A stretch of DNA of 64,000 nt. Origin: Antedon mediterranea (Eukaryota; Animalia; Echinodermata). The notes under the pieces are model-generated. The model saw nothing but the letters and a program-made list of their open reading frames with translations, made no database searches and had not been told where the DNA came from. A program made the translations under genes and the position numbers. Positions 1-10,964 of the stretch are shown here, one piece after another. Location: NCBI RefSeq assembly GCF_964355755.1, contig NC_092677.1, positions 28,383,175 through 28,447,174 of the forward strand. The letters are read 5' to 3'. How positions within the stretch are numbered: the stretch's first letter is position 1; every line of letters begins with the position of its first letter.

Positions 1-1129
1 TTTACTTATTTTTAAATTTATCAGTCATTCAAAATTTGTCGTAGCTACTGTAAAGTACATAACATGTGCGATGCGATGAGAAAAAAACATTTGGCTCAAG
101 GTATGGTTAAATTTCTGACACATTTTCATAATAGTCTTGTGACTCTCATAAATAATAAAAAATGCCAGCCAATGCTTTGTGCTGACAAAGGTCAGAGTGA
201 TTTAAAACAAACGTTTAGTTATCAGTGATGTTGGAAAATGCTAAACCCATTACAAGACAATTATAAAGTAATAGCCAAGTAATTATTTTTTTCTGTATCA
301 TAACTAACTAATCATTTAAATTTTCCTTTAATGCCTCCTATTCACACTTATGGATCCAGTGTAAGCCCAACGAACTGCAATGTTGGGAGCACAACCGTTT
401 TATGAGCCATATATTGACATTGATAATTGTTTGAAATATTGTGTCTAAAGTATGCAGCCTTGTTATATTTTAAATGTAAATTCTAGATTTTTGTTGGTGC
501 AATTTTATTTCAATATTGTATATAAAATGGATGTACATAAAGTAGTGTACTATAAATAAAGATGTAAAAAAATACTGCGCAGTGTAGATTAATTGGTTTA
601 TATATCACTGTTTCAAATAAATGATGATGCACCCCCCAAACGAGAGAGTGCGCACTCAGGAGAAAGAGGAGGAGGCCCTCTCTCCAGCGGTGGATGGATT
701 CGGTTAACTGCACACAACGTAAGCAAAGGGGAAGCAAAGGTATGCTGCACCACACTACACACGAGTTAATCGATCCAGTCCTGTCAGTTGTCCCAAGCTT
801 GCTAGGCGTTGAATCAATAGTCAACCAAAGATATTTTGGCCTTGAAATTGTGATTGCTCGTTCAAGCTCTACAGTCGAATTTGCGGATCCGTTGAGTAAA
901 ATAAAAGCATTATCCATTAATTTGTATGCTCAATATATTGTGCATCCATATTATGAAATGTAACCTTTATTTACACATTGTTGAGTAGAAGGTAAGAAAT
1001 TTGTTAATAAATAAATATGTTTATAATATAAATTGACAGTTAGTTAGGCCTAATAATAATAATATGTAGGCCTAGCTAGGCTAGTACTGTCTGTAGGATG
1101 ACTGCTGTAGTAAGTAGGCCTAGTATGTA

Positions 1130-1540
1130 GCTCCACTGTTTGCTTCCTCAACTGCTATCACCCCGGCGCCTCCCATAATCACTTTAGTTACACCTGACCG
1201 ACCCCACCTTCCTCAACTGCTCCCTCCCCGCCTCCCTCAACTGCTCACTCCCCGCCTCCCTCAACTGCTCCCTCCCTGCCTCCCTAAATCACATTAGTTA
1301 CGCCCGACTGACCCTGCCTCTCTAAATATAATTTCCATCCCAAACCCTCAACGAATACCACCCCACCTCCCTTAGTTGTAGTATTAACTGTCCCCTCGAC
1401 TGCTCCCGCCCTGCATCCCTAAATCACTTAAAGTTACACCCGACCAACCCTGCCTATCTCAATATAATTTCCACCCCAAATTCTCCCTATTATTAACTGT
1501 TTCACTCGACCGCTCCACCCCCAGTTCCCCCCAAAATAAT
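1130..1540. repeat. C-rich degenerate repeat in FA2H intron 1
   Basis: Recurring cctccctcaactgctc, cctaaatcac(a/t)ttagttac and aatataatttcca(t/c)cccaaa motifs. Confidence 0.7.
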
Positions 1541-1695
1541 CGCCAACACTTAGCTAATTACGGTAATTTAAATTTCAATTTTGTAGACATTTAAATACTG
1601 TAAATTGCTATTTAAACTTTAATTTTAAGTGAGGGATGAACTCAGTAAATCAGAAATACTGTATATACTAATTTGTTAATTTTACAGTATTACAA

Positions 1696-4600
1696 ATGGG
1701 GGAGGCCAATATCAATAAGGGTGATGAAATGTGGGACGATGAACGAGTCAAGGAAGAAATCAAACTAGGAAGATTGCTTGTCATATTAGATGAAAATGTG
1801 TATGATTGCAGTAGATTTGCTAATATTCATCCAGGGGGTAGAAATTATATTGAACAATATTGTGGAAGGCAAATGCATAATGTAATGTATAATGGACCTC
1901 ATGAACACTCTTTCAATGCTTATCAATTGATGAAGGATTATTATTGTGGGAAATTAGCCAAAACATCAAGATATTTACCATTACAAAAGGTGTGTAACTA
2001 TTTTCTTTAATATTGATCCATAAATAGCAATAAATGTAAGAATCTCCTCAAAAGGTGTGCTACATAATGATCAAAACCAACTAAATGCTTGTCCACCACC
2101 TGCATGCAAATTGCCCATGTGATTCAAATCTGTGATAATAAAAGATGACTTGAACATTTTGAGGTGCTCTCCAGAACTGGCATTACCCAGACTAGAATAC
2201 TGTATAAAGGTTAAGACTGAATGTTTGAACAGTGAGCTTGTGACTGGATAGTTGTTAACGAGTCACAGTGTATGCTTTGTAATAAATACTGTACACACAT
2301 TAAATACCTGCATAATAATATTATAGGCAATTGTAATTGAATATTCAGTTTAATTGTTAAACTATTTGGAAATCAAGATAAAACAAATCGCAAACTAAAC
2401 GGTTAATTTGTGCATATTAAAATTAATCACAATAATAATATCTTCATTCTTTATTCAATAAAAACATTTAGAATTCAAAGAATGATCCAGGTCATTGTCA
2501 AACAATAATAAGACATTCAACACAAAACACATATAAATTGATCAAACATATAAATAAAAGATTTTTATCCAGGCATTGTTGTTGGTGTATTGATAAGGTA
2601 AAATGTATTTTTTACAGAAAAAAGATGTTGATAAAATGACTGTGGATAACACCAGTCAACAAACTTGCTCATCTGAGGTTGGTGAACACTTTATAACTTA
2701 TTATTATTATTATTAACTCTGTGCAAAAGTTCAAGAATTTCCCAGTTAATAAAAAAGGCCTAACTAAACACGTTATGCTATACAGTGTATTAAATCATGG
2801 ATGGATTGAGGGCTTATTGTGATTTGTACTGCTGGACAATGAATCTGTACTGTGAAATGCCAGCGGGTATTGTGTGTGATTGTTAAGCAACTTATTTGCT
2901 CTAGATATCTTTTATATTTGTCCCCTGAAACACAAAAAATGAAGGTCAAAATAATCTAAATTTAAATTGGCCATATCAAAGTAATATTTAAAGTTTACGT
3001 AATTAATAGGTAAATTAATTTGATTACATTTCGTCTCGAAAATTGTCATGAGCAAAAGTAAACAAAGATTTCAAACCACGAGTATGCATTATGCATGATG
3101 CTAATTAGGATTGTTTACAACTCGTCACAGTTCAGAAGGTGTTTTCACACAGATCGCGAGGAAGTTTTATGATTATGCATACAGAGTAGCCAAACAAGCG
3201 CGTTGCATTATGAGATATGTTTTGATCGAAAACTTTGACTGGAAGTCAAAGTTATTTTTTGAACAAAAAAATGTCTGTATTTCAGTTAAATAATTTTTTT
3301 TGACTAATTTTTTGGTGAAAGTTAATAACTATTATGATACTTCAAAATTACCCACTTTTTTTAAAAATCTTTTTTAAAAATTTTTTTTGGAATTAGTCAA
3401 AGGGACAATACATCTTTAAGCTTTAAATTCAATACAGTCCTGTTAACTTTATTTATGTAGTACAATGTTTATCTTTTTATTGCTTTATACATTAAATAAA
3501 AGTTTATGCTGACAGTTAGGATTATATGTTGCTCTTAACAGATTGATTGGAGTAAGCCTGTGCTTTGGCAAGTATATAAACTTGGTGCCAACTACAACCA
3601 GTGGGTTCATACACCTGTTGATAAACCTTTGCGACTTTTTAAATCAGACTTTGCAGAGTTTTTTTCCAAAACACCTTGGTTTGTTATACCAATCTTTTGG
3701 ATACCTGTCATTTTATTTGCATCATTTAGAAGCATTTTAACCTTCACTGAATCAACACCACAATGGTCAGGTAAATTTACTAACCTACCCAACTACTAAC
3801 TTATTACAAATAGTACCAGCATGTAAAATTTAATGTATATAAATTAGTTATTATAATGAAGCAGTGTATTTTTAAACCAGGAACAGTTGAATAATTCATT
3901 AAAGGCTGGATTATCAATTAACTCAAATAGAAAAACATGATTTGTCATTAACAGTGTACAACTTTAATCAGTTCTATTTACAGTATTGTATCAACATAGA
4001 AGTAAATTAACCAGTAACCCTATAATACTGTGTAACCAAGTTGAGTAAAAATGGCAAAAATTTGGGAATTTGTACAGTAAATTGTTATGCAATTGTCTTG
4101 TGTCCATATTTAGAGTAAATTAGAGGGTGAGTGAGATTATAGCGTATATTGCAAAGATGAATCTGTGATGTCATCATTTGTCCATATTTAGACTAAATTA
4201 GAGGGTGAGTGAGATTATAGCGTATATTGCAAAGATTAATCTGTGATGTCATCATTCTTTCTATTTGTTTGCAGGCTTTGATGTACTTGAGATGTTCATC
4301 TTGTATTTCATTGCTGGTGTTGTGACTTGGACAATTCTGGAATATGCTCTTCATAGATTTCTGTTTCATTTAGAACCTTCCCCAAAGTATCCAATGTTAG
4401 TTACATTTCATTTCTTACTGCATGGCCAGCATCACAAAGTAAGTCATGTATTAACATTTAAAAACATATTTACTCATATTATCTTTGTTAGTAATTTTGT
4501 GTTTATTTTAGTCCTTATAATATGCAATAAGTTTAGCTAATTGTTTATTGAGTATTAAAGCAGATGAATATCTAAACAGCATACTATTTGTTTTCTAACA

Positions 4601-5030
4601 GGTGCCTTTTGATTCAGGCCGTCTTGTTTTTCCTCCTGCCGTTGCCTCAATATTAGCTGTTTGTTATTACATCATTATTGGATTTTGTCTTGAAGTTGGT
4701 AAAGCACAGGCTTTGTTTGCAGGCACTGTGTTGGGCTATGTTTGTTATGATCTTATTCACTATTATTTACATTATGGAAAGCCATCATTTTCTTACTTCA
4801 AGATGTTAAAAGTATATCATGTTAAACACCATTTTGAAGACAAAGACAGAGGTATTGTTATTTGTTTTGAAGTACTGTAGTTAAATCATTGCTATAACTT
4901 GAGTAGTATACCAAATAATACTGTATTACTAATTATCACATTTTTTATTATGTGTTTAGGGTTTGGAATATCAAGCCCAATATGGGATATGCCATTTGGT
5001 ACGCAGCTCGACCTCACCAACAAAGAATAA
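1696..5030 (+). CDS. FA2H: Fatty acid 2-hydroxylase (cytochrome b5 + hydroxylase domains), 6 coding exons
   Basis: Exons 1696-1989, 2618-2677, 3542-3770, 4275-4438, 4602-4851, 4960-5030; all GT-AG with matching phases. HPGG heme motif; His boxes LHRFLFH, HGQHH, IHYYLH, YHVKHH; C-terminus GFGISSPIWDMPFGT. Probable non-coding exon ending at 991 (gaag|gtaag). Confidence 0.95.
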
Positions 5031-5100
5031 ATGCTTCAAGCCCAATATGGGATATGCCATTTGGTACGCAGCTCGACCTCACCAACAAAGAATAAATGCT
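4971..5100 (+). repeat. 65-bp tandem duplication spanning the FA2H stop codon
   Basis: tcaagcccaatatggg...aaagaataaatgct occurs twice head to tail. Confidence 0.95.
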
Positions 5101-7468
5101 TTATGAACTGGATCGACAACAATATTCAGATGATTATCTTTAATAAGATTCTTAATTTCCATATATCTGAAAACCAAAATAAAATAAATGTTACAATATA
5201 TTCTAATAGTTAGCATACTAATTAGTACAGTTACTAATTGCATGTAAAAATGTGATATATTTTATATGAATTTAAAGCAGGCCTTAAAATAGGTGTGTGC
5301 CGAAGCTTGCCTATTTAACAAACAAATACTATTCTATGCACATATTTAGCTAATTATCTGAAAAGACAATTTGCTTTTTAAAATTATTTATTTTCACGTT
5401 CTCATATTATTTCTTTTCTAAATTGCAACTGTTTATATATACCATCATTATGATGAAATCATACAGTAGTTAATCCAATTGATAGATACTGATTATATGC
5501 CATCGTTATGATGAAATTGATAGATACTGTTTATATATGATGAAATCATAGTTTGTTTTTCTTCATTTTGGGATATGATAGAAATAGCTAGGTATGAGCT
5601 ATTTGGTTTATATCCGTTTTTTTATAATATGGACTATGGATCCTTCATGTCATAAATATTAAACCTGGACATGGTGCTGCTGTGTATTTCTTTGGATGTT
5701 GTATTATAATGCATCATACATCTACTGATGTGAATAAAGTTAATGATTCATGCTATGGTGGACTAATTACTAACAATCTGATTGTAATAATGTACTTAGT
5801 TCATTTTGTTTGCTGTGAATACTATAGATAATTTCAAGACTACTACTAATCATAAATATTTAGTATAATTTAAAGGTTTATTAAAGTTTCTCTCCTTCCA
5901 TTTATATTATACCTGTACATTATATATTATATATTTGAAACTGGCACACTGCAATGTGTATAGTATTTATAATAAATTGATTTATTTACTGGTTAAGATC
6001 ATGGACCTAGGTTAAGATCATGGACCTAGGTTCATGCTTTCATTATGCAATGTTTACTGATAGAACATGACCTATCAAAGGTCAACGTTTAATGAAGTGA
6101 ATCGTATAATCATGTTTTTTATACTTGATATATTTTTGTAGCATTTTATTTGATCTTGATAAAACGATCATAATGCATAGTAGAATGATCATGTAGTACT
6201 TACACATTTGTTTATGAAAATAACAAGAAAGAGAATTTTGAATCATGGAAAAAAATTTGGTTTTTATTGTTTTGTGATGGTGTACAAAGATAGAAGTACC
6301 GATGCAGTTTCACCTTTTTTAATAGCTTAGTGAATAACTATAGATTTACTTGGTATTTGGTATTTAGATTTATTTAATTTGGTTTTTGATCAACTCTTTA
6401 TGAGCTGCATCTGCATACTGAAGGTGCTTCCAGCAAACATGTTTGTATTCCTTTTATTTATTAATATATTAGTAAAACTGCTGTAGTATTTAATACTGGT
6501 AACTCTAACTTTAATAACAAATACTAACCAAACTCAGCAAGAAGAGCAACTTTCATTAGCTGATTATATGTTTATCATCTTGAATGAACGATGTCCGGGA
6601 ATAGTGGAATAAAACAAAATACTTTAGTTTCGTTTTTGCTTATTATTTTTCTTTATTATGTATGAATGTAGAGCGAAGTGAGGTGGTGAAGAGTTTACTT
6701 TTACAGTTTCTTTCCGATTAAACTGTAATATTAAATGGTTTTAGTCTTGTTACGATTGCTGCACATTGACTACAGCTGTAACCAAAATTTGTGCATTTGG
6801 CCTTCCATACATGTAACTGGTTGTGTAGCGCGCGATGCTTTAATGTGGTGTAGTAGCATTCGCAGCCTCATCAGCAGCAGACAGTAATCACTTTTCAAAC
6901 TTAATAAACAGGTATAGTACTAAACAATTTTAATGAATAGCACCTAGGTAGGCATACATAAAGTCATTTTGTTATACCATATCTACTCTCTGCTTTATAT
7001 TTACGTAGCATAGATCGTATATTTAGGTACGTGCTTAGGTTTAGTGGACGTTTCATTTCGGTCGCGTGTCAATTGAGGTAAATGTATGCGTTTAAGGGTA
7101 TCGGTCGCCATGTATAGCACGCCAAGTATGCATTATTAATACACGAACATGCATTTTACAGTAAACTGTTTTAGAACGCCCATTTTATTGGCGTCTTTTA
7201 AATTAAAATCGAGGTATATATAATTACTATTGTTTTGTTAAATAATGATTGAACTGCATAAGTTACAGATATATTCTTCTTGATTAACAAATTTGAAAGC
7301 TATTTTTTAGTGATCCTTAGTCATCATAGTACCACCAGTGTGAAAAAAACGTCATGTTTTTTACAAAAAAGTGCAGGATTATTCTCCTTAACCACAGTCT
7401 ACTATTGTGCATTATTTTATGTTCTCCATTTTCTTGATTTTGAATTTATGATTCTTTTTAAGATGAAA

Positions 7469-10400
7469 ATGGGAGCAGCTAAATCAACGAGTGATTCTGC
7501 TTCAAGGTCTTTGACCAAATACAATCAGTCCATTACACTATTCTCTCCTGAAGAACTTGCTGAGTTAAAGTTAATTTTCCATGACATTTGTAGAGATAAT
7601 GCTAATAAAAATGTATTTTGTGAACAACATTTAAAGGTATGAATAAAAACATTGTTCCCTATACATTAAAAAAGATGCCCACAAATTTCCCCTTGATTTT
7701 TTTATAAACTGTTTAAAACTAGTCTATTTCTAGAAACCTAAGTATACAATATTGTGATATTGAAAAGATTTATTATCTATTATTATTTATAATTCACAGA
7801 AATATATTAGTGGTAGAGTACCAGACACAATTGTGAGTAAATTATTTATGATGATGTGCGACAAAGAAGAGTATGTATCATATGAGAATTTTATGGTTTC
7901 CATGGCAGATTTTATTAAAGGAATGGTTGATCAACAGGCATCTGTTTTGTACACACTGGCAATTTCTGAAGACAAAATATTCACTTTAAGTTCTTTTAGA
8001 AAGGTGAGCAAAACACAATTATAATAGGAACATTTATTTATCATACTTATTTATTATCATGTAAATAGTGCACTATATAATATGCAGACTCTGGTAGCCT
8101 ACTGTACATTAGGAGCACAAAAACAGATTGAATGCAAGATCACCATCTGACCAGGGCCAGCCTCATCGTAGGTTACAGGACCCACCCTAAATGTCATGTC
8201 ATAATATAATTATTTACATGATTCAGGTACTTGAAATGTTTCTTAAGTGTTATGAGGCTATTCTTAAGAACATGGATGTTAATCTGACACCATCAGACAC
8301 GACAAAACCAAATCAAGTTTTCGTGGATGTATGTGTGCAAAACGTTCAAGGTAAGGTTACCTATGGTACAATTTAATCTGTTTATGCTCAATCACATCAT
8401 CCTAATGATATTGACCTCTAATGTAATATCATTGCTAGCAGTAAGTATTATTTTGCGTTGTTTAGATGGAGATATAAAGAGTGCCCTCGATGTTTGCACA
8501 TGGCTTCAAGACAAACCGCTGATTCAGACAATTCTAACCGACATAATGATGTATTGCTTTCATATAAAAAACAATCAACTAAAGGTACCATCAGTTTTTT
8601 TAAATTAAATTGTGTGTTCTTACTAGTAGTATCATTCTGATGTTATGGTTAAATTGTTATTTTTATTATTTTTTGCTTTTTTATGGTAGTTCACCTCATT
8701 GCCATGTCATTTTCTAAATGTTTTAATCGCACTCAAAGTAATCATCACATGTTGTTACTTTTCAGGAAGAGCAAAGTAAAGCAGATAGTACAACAACTTA
8801 CTTGTCTCCACTGTTGCCACAATTGGTAGATGTAAATTGGGATAATTTCACATCTTTATTGAGCATGCCGTCTATTTTACTAATTAATCATCACTTACCT
8901 CACAATTTGAGGCATATTTGGAGATTAGTATATGCTGTTGATTTGCACGGAGCAAGCTTCTCTACACTTGTCAAAAAAATCAGCTTACAGGGACCAAGTA
9001 TTCTACTAGTTAAAGACAAAGAGGGACATGTTTTTGGTGGATTTGCATCTGTAAATTGGAAAATTGGACCTAGTTTTATTGGTAATTAAATCTTTATTTT
9101 TAAATGACTATGATTATTGATAACTTGATTTATTATGTATGTCCAACTAGTATTGTACGATTTTGGTTAGTAAAGATATTTTTTCTTCAATGAAATAGAA
9201 TTGAGGTTTAACAAGAGCGTGAGTATAATTAAAATGAACCATTAAGTTTTCCTTTTTCTATTTTTAATAGGTTCCAGTGAGTGTTTTTTATTCTCATTGT
9301 TGCCATCAATGGCAATATATGAAAGTACAAGTATCAATGAACATTACATGTATTTGAATATGGATCAAGAAACACTTCCTAATGGGCTAGTAAGTACAGT
9401 TGTGGCACAACAGTTTATCTCATTAAATTAGTCAAAGGTTCACCAGATTACAATAGAACCTTCTATTAAGAGGAAACCTTCAGACATTAACAAAGTGTTT
9501 CCGTACTAGAAAGGCTGTAGTGCTAAAACATAGAGCCATTGTTCATTTCACTGAAAATGTTCCCTAAAAAGGCTGTAGTGCTAAAACATAGAGCCATTGT
9601 TCATTTCACTGAAAGTGTTCCCTAAAAAGGCTGTAGTGCTAAAACATAGAGCCATTGTTCATTTCACTGAAAGTGTTCCCTAAAAAGGCTGTAGTGCTAA
9701 AACATAGAGCCATTGTTCATTTCACTGAAAGTGTTCCCTAAAAAGGCTGTAGTGCTAAAACATAGAGCCATTGTTCATTTCACTGAAAATGTTCCCTAAA
9801 AAGGCTGTAGTGCTAAAACCTAGAGCCATTGTTCATTTCACTGAAAATGTTCCCTAAAAAGGCTGTAGTGCTAAAACATAGAGCCATTGTTCATTTCACT
9901 GAAAGTGTCTCCTAAAAAGGCTGTAGTGCTAAAACATAGAGCCCTTGTTCATTTCACTGAAAGTGTTCCCCAAAGGGGGATGTCTACTGTACTGTACATT
10001 TATAAATTGTAGAGTAAACTGTATTTTTTAATATTTTAATTCTAGGGTATGGGAGGTCAGTTTAGTTATTTTGGTTTGTGGTTGGACCAAGATTTTGGTA
10101 TAGGTCACAGTAAGGCTCAGCCGAGATGTACTACATATAACAGTACTCAACTCTCTGCATCAGAACAGTATAATGTTGATATGCTAGAGGTATGGGCAGT
10201 TGGAGATATTCCTAAAGTTACAATAAAGGTATAATATTTACATTTTATAATAAATTATAGTTAAAATAAATATTATTTATGAATATGAATGCGATTGTGC
10301 ATAAATTAGATGCTTGAATATTACTTACAGGAAGAACAAACGTGCAGTATTTTAGACAAAGACCCAGAAGCAAGAGCTCTTTTGGATATCATAGGAAAAG

Positions 10401-10474
10401 AAAGAAAGAGTGAAGGATTAAGAGAAGATCCTACTAGTGACATTCCAGAGATTCACAACCTGCCACCTATGTAA
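7469..10474 (+). CDS. MEAK7: TLDc-domain protein MEAK7/TLDC1, 8 coding exons
   Basis: Exons 7469-7636, 7800-8003, 8227-8350, 8466-8584, 8766-9081, 9271-9389, 10046-10228, 10331-10474. N-terminal MGAAKS (MGxxxS myristoylation pattern; an in-frame ATG also lies at 7463). TLDc motifs WRLVY..LHGASF, GHVFGGFA, CFLF, GMGGQFSYFGLWLD, LEVWAVG; C-terminal SILDKDPEARALLD. Confidence 0.9.
9450..9991. mobile_element. TA-flanked Tc1/pogo-like MITE with an internal 58-bp x ~8 array (9510-9970)
   Basis: Ends tacaatagaac... and ...gtctactgta are imperfect inverted termini; unit aaaggctgtagtgctaaaacatagagccattgttcatttcactgaaa(a/g)tgttccctaa. Confidence 0.6.
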
Positions 10475-10964
10475 AGCACCAAATCATTACATCACAGGTA
10501 GGCATACAACCTCATTTATACGTCTGAGTGTACTTAATTATTAAAACAGAATCTGGTAATACCATAATACTTTCACACTTTATATTCTGTGCGTGTACTT
10601 TACAATTTACACCACAAATGACATTAACAGTCCTAATAGTTATTAAATATTGTAAAGTTACTGTTTGAAATTCAATATAACGATGTAGATATAAACTATT
10701 TATTATACAAGTAATTTCTCAATCTACAGAAAATGCTGGGATATATTTATATTAACATTAATGAATACACATGATATACTCTTTGACTAATTATTACACA
10801 GCAACATAAAAGTAATTTCTAGGTGGATAGTTTACCATTGGTTCTGAATTTATTTGTACTTGTATTGTACAAAACGAAACAACATTTACACCAAGAAATA
10901 AAATACAATTTTGATTTATATTGCTACAAATAATGAATATGTCCATCTTTTGCTTCTGATTATA

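Noticed and set aside
621-812. C/D snoRNA on the plus strand (ATGATGA at 621)
   Set aside because: No CTGA D box at a suitable distance, and the G-U pairing favours the minus strand
510-963. ORFs 510-917 (-) and 694-963 (+)
   Set aside because: No recognisable domain or splice pattern; they overlap the GC-rich candidate RNA
2897-3420. Kolobok-like MITE in FA2H intron 3
   Set aside because: The right end (gggacaatacatctttaa) is plausible but the left end is too degraded to define
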